A DNA stretch of 64,000 nucleotides from positions 64,001 through 128,000 of the forward strand of contig JAXSPP010000004.1 of NCBI GenBank assembly GCA_037927135.1, in the 5' to 3' direction. Shown in pieces: positions 51,768-60,304 of the stretch (position 1 is its first letter; each line of letters begins with the position of its first letter). Below the pieces are notes generated by a model that made no database searches, was not told the origin of the DNA, and was given only the letters and a program-made list of their open reading frames with translations. The DNA is from Candidatus Pampinifervens sinense. Its GTDB lineage: Bacteria; Aquificota; Aquificia; Aquificales; Aquificaceae. The position numbers and the translations under genes are program-made.

Positions 51768-52013
51768 TTATACGCCGTATATTATATCCAAAAGTTCCTT
51801 TGCCTTTTCCTTATCTATCTCCCTTAACTTTTTATAGATTTCCCTTGCCTCCTCCACCTTTCCAGCCCTGCTGTAGGCAACGCCAAGCTTAAAAAGAAGG
51901 TCTGGGTCTTCTGGCCTTTCTTGTAGTTCCTTTTTAAGGTCCTCTATGAACTTCTCAAGCAGGCCTTCGCCCATCTTGCTAAAAATTCCTTTATAACCCT
52001 TATCCATCATCAT
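51768..52013 (-). CDS. small tetratricopeptide repeat protein
   Basis: PEDPDLLFKLGVAY..AG..EEA..IY TPR consensus. Confidence 0.8.
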   Translation of the reverse strand: MMMDKGYKGIFSKMGEGLLEKFIEDLKKELQERPEDPDLLFKLGVAYSRAGKVEEAREIYKKLREIDKEKAKELLDIIYGV

Positions 52014-52516
52014 TTTGCCCCGTAGAATTTATAATTTAAGCCTTTTATCCTTTCAAGGTTTTCTATAAGCAGGTCTTCCAAGTAAGGGTTATAAGATAAG
52101 ACCACTACTTGGAGGCCAAAGCCACCCTCCTCCAAAATCTTCCTTGATGTCTTTAAAAATTCCCTTAGCACTTCATCCTGTTCTATCTCAAAGGGTGCGC
52201 CCAAAAAGTGATGGCTTATTCCCAAAAAGCTTCCGGGCTTTACCCTCACCGAAAGCCTTATGGGGTTTAGGTTTTCTATCAGCCTTTCCTTTTCAATTGC
52301 ATACTCAAGACCAAACATGAGCATGGCATCGGTAATAAGGTGCATGGAAGACAAAGAAACAAACTGTCTAAAACCACTTTCTTTAAAGTCCAGCTTTAGA
52401 TTGTCTCTTACCGTCTCTACCCAATGGGGGTGTGGATGTTCCAAAAGCCAAAGTATTTTCTCCGGATAAAAGCTTTGGCCCTCCTGTCTTCCCCAAAACA
52501 TACTGACAAGTGGCAT
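52010..52516 (-). CDS. hypothetical protein
   Basis: 168-aa ORF coupled to the TPR gene by ATGA overlap; no family recognised. Confidence 0.7.
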   Translation of the reverse strand: MPLVSMFWGRQEGQSFYPEKILWLLEHPHPHWVETVRDNLKLDFKESGFRQFVSLSSMHLITDAMLMFGLEYAIEKERLIENLNPIRLSVRVKPGSFLGISHHFLGAPFEIEQDEVLREFLKTSRKILEEGGFGLQVVVLSYNPYLEDLLIENLERIKGLNYKFYGAK

Positions 52517-52552
52517 TGTTATAAATATAGGCAGGGTTTATATTTTTATGCT

Positions 52553-53944
52553 ATGCTTGGCATACTAAAAAGGAAACCAGTAGATAAGCTTATAGAAGTT
52601 CTTGGAAAGGATAAGGTAAACACATCCATTGTGGAAAGAAAGCTCTACTCTTACGATGCCACACCTATACCCATAGAAAGGGCCATTCCTTCAGCGGTGG
52701 TTTTTCCAGAGAGCCATGAGGATGTGGTAAAGATTGTAAGGGTGTGCTATGAGGAAAACATTCCTATCTTTCCAAGGGGTGCTGGCTCGGGCCTGACCGG
52801 TGGAGCGGTGCCTACCTTAGAGAAGGGTATAGTGGTTTCCTTTGAGAGGATGAACAGGTTTGAAGTCAATGTGGACAATGCTACTGCAGAGGTCCAACCT
52901 GGTGTTATAATCTCGCAGTTCCAAGAGTATGTGGAAAGGCTTGGGCTATTTTATCCGCCTGACCCTTCCTCTTTTAAATACTCTACCATTGGTGGAAACA
53001 TTGCAGAAAACGCCGGTGGCCCAAGATGTCTAAAGTATGGAGTGACCCGTGAGTATGTGCTTGGCCTTACTGCGGTCATAAAGGAAGGTCATACGCTAAA
53101 GACGGGAAATCCCATCATAAAGGATGTGGCAGGCTATGATATAACTAAGCTATTTGTGGGATCTGAAGGTACTTTGGGCCTTATAACCTCTGCCACTCTA
53201 AAGCTTATACCAAAGCCAAAGGCAAGGGCTACCGCATTGGCCCTCTTTAATAACCTTGAAGATGTAGGCAAGGCAGTCACTAAAATCTTTACTTCCGGTA
53301 TATTCCCTTCTGCTCTGGAGTTCATGGATTCGGATGCCATAAGAGCCGTGGAAGATTACAAGCCTGTAGGCCTACCCAAAGTGGAAGCACTGTTGCTTAT
53401 AGAGGTGGATGGCTCTCCCCAAAGCGTTGTAGAGGACCTAAAACAGATAGAAGAGCTGTTAAGGCCAATGGAAGTAGAAGTTTTGGTGGCAAAAAGCAAA
53501 GAAGAGGAAGAAAAACTGTGGTCTGCTCGCAAGAGCCTTGGCCCAGCCCTTGGAAATTTGCGCACAGGCAAGATTAACGAGGATATAGTCATACCAAGGA
53601 TATACCTATCGGAGGCCATACCAGAGCTAAGGAAGATAGCTCAAAAGTATGGCCTTCTTATGGTGATATTTGGCCACATAGGAGATGGGAACTTGCATGT
53701 GAACCTGCTTTATGATAAGGCAAATAAAGAGGAAGAAGAGAGGGCAGAGAGGGCTGTGGATGAAGTCTTTGAATTGGCTTTAAGGTACAACGGTTCTATA
53801 ACAGGAGAGCATGGAGTAGGACTAACGAAGAAGAAGTTTTTAAGATGGCAATTTGGAGATGTGGGCTATGAACTTCTAAAGGGCATAAAGCTCCTCTTTG
53901 ATCCAAAAAATCTGTTTAACCCCGGAAAGGTGGTGGAGGTGTAA
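52553..53944 (+). CDS. FAD-linked 2-hydroxyacid oxidase/dehydrogenase (GlcD/Dld family)
   Basis: PRGAGSGLTGG, YPPDPSS, ENAGG...KYG, GSEGTLG, GHIGDGNLH, GEHGVG, NPGK. Confidence 0.92.
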   Translation: MLGILKRKPVDKLIEVLGKDKVNTSIVERKLYSYDATPIPIERAIPSAVVFPESHEDVVKIVRVCYEENIPIFPRGAGSGLTGGAVPTLEKGIVVSFERMNRFEVNVDNATAEVQPGVIISQFQEYVERLGLFYPPDPSSFKYSTIGGNIAENAGGPRCLKYGVTREYVLGLTAVIKEGHTLKTGNPIIKDVAGYDITKLFVGSEGTLGLITSATLKLIPKPKARATALALFNNLEDVGKAVTKIFTSGIFPSALEFMDSDAIRAVEDYKPVGLPKVEALLLIEVDGSPQSVVEDLKQIEELLRPMEVEVLVAKSKEEEEKLWSARKSLGPALGNLRTGKINEDIVIPRIYLSEAIPELRKIAQKYGLLMVIFGHIGDGNLHVNLLYDKANKEEEERAERAVDEVFELALRYNGSITGEHGVGLTKKKFLRWQFGDVGYELLKGIKLLFDPKNLFNPGKVVEV

Positions 53945-53969
53945 ATTATAAAACTGGGGAGGTGTAAAG

Positions 53970-54854
53970 ATGAAGGGGTTTTTTATAGCTCTTCTTTTTA
54001 TGGTAAGTTTTAGCTTTGCTACCGATGAGTTTGTAAGGGGTTTGATTGATAAGCTTATGGAAAAGGGGCCAAATGCCTGGTGGTGGGACAAAAGATGGTG
54101 GGAGGAGGGCTATATAGAGAACTTGCCAAACTATAAGGTGCGCACAGAGACAGTGGTAGTGAAGAAAAAGGATGTGGAGATCCCAGTCTATGTGTACAGG
54201 CCCGACGATGATAAGGCCTATCCTGGAGTTCTCTTTATCCATGGAAGGAGGGGCCTTGATGAACTTTTCCAGCTTCATGCAAAAAGGCTGGCAAGCAAAG
54301 GCTTTGTTGTGGTGGCACCAGACCTATACACAGGCAGGCTCATACCTCAGTTCCCCATAGAACATGATCCTATTGTAGAGGAAGACCTTGATGCGGTGCT
54401 TTTGTATGCGGTAAACAGGAAGGATATTAAGAACGGAAAGTTGTGTGCCTATGGTCTTACAAGGGGAGGCTACTATGGTATAAGGCTTTTAGTGACATAC
54501 AAAAGGCAAGAAAAAGAAATAGTGTGTTTTGTTGCTTATTATCCACATATGCAAAATCCTAACGCTCCAGAACCGGAGCAGGTTTACAGATATGCCCCAG
54601 AATGGGAAAGCTTGAAGATACCTACATTGATACTGGTGGGTGAAAACGAACAGTATCAAAGGATAAGGCCCGCTTTAGTTGCGGTTGATCATCTCAAAGC
54701 CAAAGGCGTGCCCATATGGATAGTAGTATACCCTGGTGTGGGCAGAGGCTTTGACTTCAGACTTGACAGAAGAACCTTTGCCGATGACCTTGCCGCAAAG
54801 GATGCCCTAATAAGGGCTTCCCTCTTTATGAAGAGGTATCTTGAGGGGAAATAG
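53970..54854 (+). CDS. exported dienelactone-hydrolase-like alpha/beta hydrolase fold protein
   Basis: Signal peptide, PGVLFIHG..GL, LASKGFVVVAPDLY, VAYYP, YPGVGRGF. Confidence 0.8.
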   Translation: MKGFFIALLFMVSFSFATDEFVRGLIDKLMEKGPNAWWWDKRWWEEGYIENLPNYKVRTETVVVKKKDVEIPVYVYRPDDDKAYPGVLFIHGRRGLDELFQLHAKRLASKGFVVVAPDLYTGRLIPQFPIEHDPIVEEDLDAVLLYAVNRKDIKNGKLCAYGLTRGGYYGIRLLVTYKRQEKEIVCFVAYYPHMQNPNAPEPEQVYRYAPEWESLKIPTLILVGENEQYQRIRPALVAVDHLKAKGVPIWIVVYPGVGRGFDFRLDRRTFADDLAAKDALIRASLFMKRYLEGK

Positions 54855-55259
54855 GGTACTTTTTTCAGAGTAAAGCATCTCCAAAGCCCTTTTAAATATC
54901 TCCTTGTCTCCCTTGTATTTTAAAAGCCTCTTTGCCTCCTCCAGGGGGAAAAACTTGGCCTCCTTTACTTCCCAGGAGGGCCTTGGCTCACCCTCCAGGT
55001 ACTCCATAAGATAAAAAAGCACCTTTTTCCTTATCCTTTCTCCCTCCCTCATATACCAGTATCTTATCTCGCCAATAGGTGCAATTATTTTCCCTTTCAC
55101 CCCCGTCTCCTCAAACACCTCCCTTATGGCCGTCTCTTCTGGTTTTTCTCCAGCCTCCACAAGCCCTTTGGGAAAGGTCCAAACGTCCGATGGATTCTTT
55201 ATAAGAAGGACCTCTCCATTTTTCAAAAGCACACCACCTGCCGAAAACTCCTCCCTCAT
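54807..55259 (-). CDS. NUDIX hydrolase (Ap4A hydrolase-like)
   Basis: SAGGV, WTFPKG, Nudix box GLVEAGEKPEETAIREVFEETG. Confidence 0.92.
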   Translation of the reverse strand: MREEFSAGGVLLKNGEVLLIKNPSDVWTFPKGLVEAGEKPEETAIREVFEETGVKGKIIAPIGEIRYWYMREGERIRKKVLFYLMEYLEGEPRPSWEVKEAKFFPLEEAKRLLKYKGDKEIFKRALEMLYSEKSTLFPLKIPLHKEGSPY

Positions 55260-55873
55260 GGCACCACCTCTACCTTACCCCTTGATATCACCTTACCTCT
55301 CAATATCTTCTCATCCCTTTTAATCCTTATTACCTTTCCAACAGTACCTGTATCTACAGCTATAGCCTGAAAGCTTATCTCTATAGCACCGCTTTTGAAG
55401 ATGGCTTCCACCACATCCCCCGCCCTGACCGCCGGCAACTCTCTTAGCAAGGACCTTCTCAGCATGGTCCCTTTCACTATCCTTGTGGAGGCAACAAAGT
55501 TTTCCAACTCTTCTTGGCTTAGCCTCAGGTCCGATGGGACGCTTCTCATAAACCTCTCTTCCACTCTAAAAAGATCTGGGTTTATAGGCGTGCCTTTCTC
55601 TATGTCTTCCTTTGCCACAAAGACCCTAACCTTCCACAAAGCATCTATAATGGCTTGATACTTCTCATCCCCAGAATAGATATAAGCAACCATCCTGCTT
55701 TTACCATACTCCATATCCAGCTCAATCTTATCAACCTTTTCTACCTTACCGATGATCTTTACCTTGTTGACTTTAACCAAGTCTCCAAACCTTTTATAGA
55801 CCTCTTCCTCCACAAGCTTTTCTACTTTCCCAAAGCAAAGGCTTGCAAGCAAAAAGAGGCTAAGTAGCCACAT
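55256..55873 (-). CDS. flgA: flagellar P-ring formation chaperone FlgA
   Basis: Signal peptide, SAF-like VAKEDIEKG..I, V.AGD.V, A...G.VG..IRI. Confidence 0.8.
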   Translation of the reverse strand: MWLLSLFLLASLCFGKVEKLVEEEVYKRFGDLVKVNKVKIIGKVEKVDKIELDMEYGKSRMVAYIYSGDEKYQAIIDALWKVRVFVAKEDIEKGTPINPDLFRVEERFMRSVPSDLRLSQEELENFVASTRIVKGTMLRRSLLRELPAVRAGDVVEAIFKSGAIEISFQAIAVDTGTVGKVIRIKRDEKILRGKVISRGKVEVVP

Positions 55874-56543
55874 CCATAGCCTTCATAAGCTCCCTTATCA
55901 GCGTGGCCGGCTCTACCTCCTTTGGACACACAAGGTTGCATTTATTACAAGAAAGGCAGTGGTAAAGATTTCCTTCCTTTATGGCCTGAAGGGCTCTCAG
56001 ATCCTTTTCTTCTTCCCTTGGATCCTCATAAAACCTGTAAAGCTTGGCAAAGAAGAGAGGTCCAGCATACTTTTCTTCCAGAACCTGTGGACAGTAAGCC
56101 TGACAGGAAAGGCATAAAATACAGTCGGCGGAACTTTCTATCCTTTTGCTCACCTCTGGTGGTATGCGTGGGTCCTTGGACTTTTCCTTTATCCAAAGGC
56201 GCATATCCTTCATCTTTCTGATGACCTTTTCGTTGTCCACCACAAGGTCCCTTATGACTTCAAAGTTCTTGAGGGGTTCTACGGTAATCTCCTCACCAAA
56301 AAGCACATAGGGCAATACTTGTTCTTTGCAGGCAAGCTTTGGAAAGCCGTTCACCATAAGGGCACAAGTTCCGCATATACCGGCCCTGCAAAAGTGTCTA
56401 AAGCTCAAGGTTGGGTCCATTTCTTCCTTTATCCTCTGTAGGGCCATAAGAAGGGTCATGCCCTCTTCATAAGGAACTTGAAAGCTCTGGTAGTATGGTT
56501 TTCCCTTTTCTTCCTGCCTTCTAATTTTCAGCCTTAGAACCAT
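55860..56543 (-). CDS. frdB: fumarate reductase/succinate dehydrogenase iron-sulfur subunit
   Basis: CRAGICGTC..LAC, VIRDLVVD, CILCLSCQAYCP, CLSCNKCNLVCP. Confidence 0.88.
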   Translation of the reverse strand: MVLRLKIRRQEEKGKPYYQSFQVPYEEGMTLLMALQRIKEEMDPTLSFRHFCRAGICGTCALMVNGFPKLACKEQVLPYVLFGEEITVEPLKNFEVIRDLVVDNEKVIRKMKDMRLWIKEKSKDPRIPPEVSKRIESSADCILCLSCQAYCPQVLEEKYAGPLFFAKLYRFYEDPREEEKDLRALQAIKEGNLYHCLSCNKCNLVCPKEVEPATLIRELMKAMDVAT

Positions 56544-56568
56544 GAGTAAATAATGTATGCTATTCTAT

Positions 56569-57747
56569 ATGATGGTCAAGCACTTTGAAAGTAGGGATGC
56601 CTTTTACAGATTTCTTAAGGAAAAAGTAGGAATATTCTTTAGAGAAGCTTACGATAGGGCTTTTGAAGGTGTTTTTCATGTTATATATCTAAAAAATGTA
56701 AAGCCAGAAATGCTTTTCCCTTTGGCAAAGCAGGCTTGCCTTCATGCTTTTTATGGAGAGGGTGGCTTTGTGCTTTGTGGCTCTGAGGCAAAGATAAGGG
56801 ATTTTTGCTCCCTTCTCGTAAAAGAGGATAAGGCCCTTGCCTTTGAAATACTTCAAAGGCTTCAAAACTACCGAAAAAGGTCCTTTAAGATACAGTATAA
56901 CCAAAAGATATTACCACTGGGAATAAAAACGGCCATAATGGGCGTGCTTAACGTTACACCGGACTCTTTTTCCGATGGAGGGCTGTATTTGAAGCCTTCT
57001 GAGGCGGTAAAAAGGGCTGTGCAGATGGCAGAGGAGGGAGCTGATATAATAGATATTGGAGGGGAGTCTACAAGGCCGGGCTCCCAAAGGATAGGAGTGC
57101 AAGAGGAGCTAGAAAGGGTTTTACCCGTTTTAAGGGAAGTAAGAAAAGAGCTTCCAAAGGTTTGGATATCTATAGATACCTATAAGGCTCAGGTGGCAGA
57201 AGCTTGCCTTCAAGAGGGTGCGGACATGATAAACGATATTAGCGGTGGAACCTTTGACCCTAATATGTATAACGTGGTGGCCAAATACAACTGCCCTTAT
57301 GTGATAACACACATTAAAGGTAGGCCAGAAACATGGAAGGAGATGCCTATAGTTTATGAGGATGTGATGGAGGAGATCATCCTTTGGTTTGAAGAAAGGT
57401 TAAGGGCCCTTAAGGAATCAGGCTATAAGGGTCAAGCCATCCTTGATCCAGGTATAGGTTTTGGAAAGCTTCCAGAACATAATGTAGAAATATTAAAGAG
57501 GTTTGATGAACTCCGACTCTTTGGCCTTCCTTTGCTTGTAGGGGTTTCAAGAAAGTCCTTTATAGGTCTTATTATAGAGGGACTATTAAAGAGGAAAACG
57601 GAGCCAAAAGAGAGGCTTTATGGAAGCCTTGGAGCTTTAGCGCCAGCGGTGATAAAAGGTGCCCACATAGTGAGGGTTCATGATGTTAAAGAGACCCGTG
57701 AGTTTTTGGCCTTGCTTGATACGGTGAGGACCTATGGTGAATTTTGA
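56569..57747 (+). CDS. folP: dihydropteroate synthase with ~120-aa N-terminal domain
   Basis: MGVLNVTPDSFSDGG, GGESTRPG, SIDT, DPGIGFGK, SRKS, RVHDV (ATG 56557 is an alternative start). Confidence 0.95.
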   Translation: MMVKHFESRDAFYRFLKEKVGIFFREAYDRAFEGVFHVIYLKNVKPEMLFPLAKQACLHAFYGEGGFVLCGSEAKIRDFCSLLVKEDKALAFEILQRLQNYRKRSFKIQYNQKILPLGIKTAIMGVLNVTPDSFSDGGLYLKPSEAVKRAVQMAEEGADIIDIGGESTRPGSQRIGVQEELERVLPVLREVRKELPKVWISIDTYKAQVAEACLQEGADMINDISGGTFDPNMYNVVAKYNCPYVITHIKGRPETWKEMPIVYEDVMEEIILWFEERLRALKESGYKGQAILDPGIGFGKLPEHNVEILKRFDELRLFGLPLLVGVSRKSFIGLIIEGLLKRKTEPKERLYGSLGALAPAVIKGAHIVRVHDVKETREFLALLDTVRTYGEF

Positions 57748-58498
57748 TCTTTTTAGGATCATATCTTGGAAAGACCTTGTGGATATACTAGCGGTCTCTT
57801 TGTTCTTTTATAGCATACTATACTTTCTGAGGATAACGAGGGGCTTTCAAATATTCAAAGGTCTGGGTGTGCTTGCAGTTTTTTGGCTCCTTGCCGAGCT
57901 TTTAGAGCTTAACACCCTCTCTTGGATATTTGAGAAACTTTGGACTATAGGCCTTTTCTCCCTTGTGGTCATCTTTCAACCGGAGATAAGAAAAGCCCTA
58001 AGTAGGCTAGGTCAGAGGACTGGTGTTTCCATGATAAAGCCTGTAGGAGAAAGGGTTGTGGACAGGGTTGTAAGGGCTTGTTCTTTTCTTTCCGAAAGGC
58101 AGATAGGCGGGCTGATAGTTATAGAAAGGGGGCAAAGTGTGGATGGATTGGTGGAAGGCTGTGTTCTCATTGACAGCCTTGTTTCCGTTGAACTTCTTAT
58201 CACCATATTCAATCCTCTGTCCCCTCTCCACGATGGAGCTGTGGTGATAAGAGGAGACAGAATTGTCTATGCTTCCTGTATACTTCCCCTTTCTAGGTCT
58301 GCTAAACTTCCAAAAAAATATGGAACAAGGCATAGGGCAGCTCTTGGCATATCTGAAGAGAGTGATGCTTTGTGCGTGGTAGTTTCCGAAGAGACGGGAG
58401 AGATCTCACTGGCTGTAGACGGCAAACTTCAGAGGAATTTAGATCCAGAGATGTTAAGAACATTGCTTATGAAGGAGCTGAGGTTGGAAAATGCTTAA
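57734..58498 (+). CDS. cdaA: diadenylate cyclase CdaA/DacA
   Basis: 3 TM, FQPEIR.AL, LHDGA, GTRHRAA, VSEETG. Confidence 0.93.
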   Translation: MVNFDLFRIISWKDLVDILAVSLFFYSILYFLRITRGFQIFKGLGVLAVFWLLAELLELNTLSWIFEKLWTIGLFSLVVIFQPEIRKALSRLGQRTGVSMIKPVGERVVDRVVRACSFLSERQIGGLIVIERGQSVDGLVEGCVLIDSLVSVELLITIFNPLSPLHDGAVVIRGDRIVYASCILPLSRSAKLPKKYGTRHRAALGISEESDALCVVVSEETGEISLAVDGKLQRNLDPEMLRTLLMKELRLENA

Positions 58499-58877
58499 GG
58501 ATCTTCTTTTAAAGGACTGGCAATATAAGCTTTTAGCTCTTTTCATGGGCTTTAGTCTGTGGTTCATCCTAAACTTTGGTGGAAAGGTCCCTATAAGCTT
58601 AGAAAAAAGCGTAGAGATTTTCAATCCTAGAGATGGCTATACATACAGGTTAGAAAGAAGAAAGATAAAGCTAAAGCTGAAGGTTATGGAAAGGTTTGCC
58701 TCCGAGGAGATGTTGGAGAAGATTACTGTTGGTGTAGATGTGGGAGGACTTAGTGAAGGTGAGTATGTGCTTAAGGTGGAAGTAAGAAATATGCCAAAGT
58801 TTATAGTATCTATGGAAAAGTTAGAACCAGAATATGTAAAGGTGAAGGTTATAAAAGCCCCCAACAGGGGGCCATAA
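58491..58877 (+). CDS. short CdaR/YbbR-like protein
   Basis: N-terminal W.YKLLAL....LW anchor, VDV.GL.EG.Y, directly downstream of cdaA. Confidence 0.7.
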   Translation: MLKDLLLKDWQYKLLALFMGFSLWFILNFGGKVPISLEKSVEIFNPRDGYTYRLERRKIKLKLKVMERFASEEMLEKITVGVDVGGLSEGEYVLKVEVRNMPKFIVSMEKLEPEYVKVKVIKAPNRGP

Positions 58878-58880
58878 GGC

Positions 58881-59225
58881 TTATCCGCAAGAGAAGGAGC
58901 TACCGCAACCGCACGTACCTGTAACGTTAGGATTCCTTATGGTAAAGCCACCACCCATAAAGTCCATTACATAGTCAAGCTCTGCGTTGTTCACATAGGG
59001 CATAGAAAACTGATCTATGACTATCTTTAGATTACCAAATTCAAAAACGTTATCTCCCTCTTCTATAGTATCATCAAAGCCCATAGCATATTGAAAGCCA
59101 GAGCATCCTCCAGGCACAACCCTTATCCTAAGTATAGGGTCTGTTATATTGTTCTCCTGGGCTATTCTAAGCACCTCTTGAACAGCCTTTTCTGTAGCAT
59201 AAAAGTTAAAACCCACCTTTTGCAT
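58881..59225 (-). CDS. HesB/IscA family Fe-S cluster assembly protein
   Basis: GGCSGFQY, NPN..TCGCGSSF; start at ATG 59225 behind AGGAGG. Confidence 0.93.
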   Translation of the reverse strand: MQKVGFNFYATEKAVQEVLRIAQENNITDPILRIRVVPGGCSGFQYAMGFDDTIEEGDNVFEFGNLKIVIDQFSMPYVNNAELDYVMDFMGGGFTIRNPNVTGTCGCGSSFSCG

Positions 59226-59296
59226 AATCATCACCTCCTTACGCAAATTTTGGTTTAATAATAATTCCAGGATAATTTTTTTCAATATGACCAGGC

Positions 59297-59728
59297 TCAT
59301 GGAGCTTTTGCTTCTACATTGTGTATTATCCAGTATATCAAGCCTAAGGCGATAAGGACAGCGGATAAAGAAAGTAGCTCCATGAATTTCTCTGGAGATA
59401 AAGATAGTATCAAAACCTTTCTTATTACTGCTGCAAGAGCTACCCCTACGAAAACCTTAATGCTTACCGGACTACCTCTTATATGTTTGACTTCCTCAGC
59501 AAGTAGTTCAGATATAGCGTATAGGATAAGCACAGATCCAAGTATGCTTAGGCCTCCTTTTTCCAGAGGCAACAAGCCTTTTATAACTAGATAGAACTCA
59601 TAAACTATCCATACTACTAGGAAAAAGCCTACGATGGATAAAGTGGCTACGATAAAGATATCAAAGAGCTATGATACAATTTTTATGATGTTCAGCAGTA
59701 ATCTTTGCTTCTCTCCTAAGCCTTCCAT
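59297..59728 (-). pseudogene. PsiE-family membrane protein gene interrupted by an in-frame TAG at codon 20
   Basis: ATG 59728 [22 protein letters not shown](59671-59669)-LFDIFIVATLSIVGFFLVVW... continues in frame into ILYAISELL..VFVGVALAAVIRKVL. Confidence 0.75.
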
Positions 59729-59743
59729 GAATATAATATTAGC

Positions 59744-60304
59744 ATGCCCATAGACAAAGAAAAGATAAAGCAGGCCATTAGGCTTTTTTTGGAAGGAATA
59801 GGAGAGGATCCGGATAGGGAAGGCCTCAGAGAAACACCCGATAGGGTAGCCCGTATGTGGGAAGAGTTTGAAAGGCAAAGGGAATTTGACTTTAAGCTCT
59901 TTGAAGAGTTTGGCTCTTACAACGAAATGATACTTGTAAAGGATATAAACATATACTCTTTATGCGAGCACCACCTTCTACCCTTTTTTGGTAAAGCTCA
60001 TATTGCCTATATACCAGATGGTATTATCTGTGGACTTTCCAAGCTTGTAAGAACTGTGCGGGCCTTTGCTCTGAGGCCTCAGGTGCAAGAGAGGCTTACA
60101 AACCAAATTGCAGACTTTCTTATGGAACAGCTAAAGCCAAAAGGTGTGGCTGTAGTTTTGGAGATGGAGCATCTTTGTATGTCCATGAGGGGGGTGATGT
60201 CTCCGGGCCATCTAACGGTTACATCAGCCCTCAGGGGTGTTTTTCTCAGCGACCTTAGGACAAGGGAAGAGTTCCTCAAGCTTATAGGAAAACAGGTATT
60301 ATGA
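59744..60304 (+). CDS. folE: GTP cyclohydrolase I
   Basis: [39 protein letters not shown]. Confidence 0.97.
   Translation: MPIDKEKIKQAIRLFLEGIGEDPDREGLRETPDRVARMWEEFERQREFDFKLFEEFGSYNEMILVKDINIYSLCEHHLLPFFGKAHIAYIPDGIICGLSKLVRTVRAFALRPQVQERLTNQIADFLMEQLKPKGVAVVLEMEHLCMSMRGVMSPGHLTVTSALRGVFLSDLRTREEFLKLIGKQVL

Noticed and set aside
52424-52552. Longer start for the FAD-linked oxidase
   Set aside because: Overlaps the divergent hypothetical gene; ATG 52553 has a -10 box 8 nt upstream
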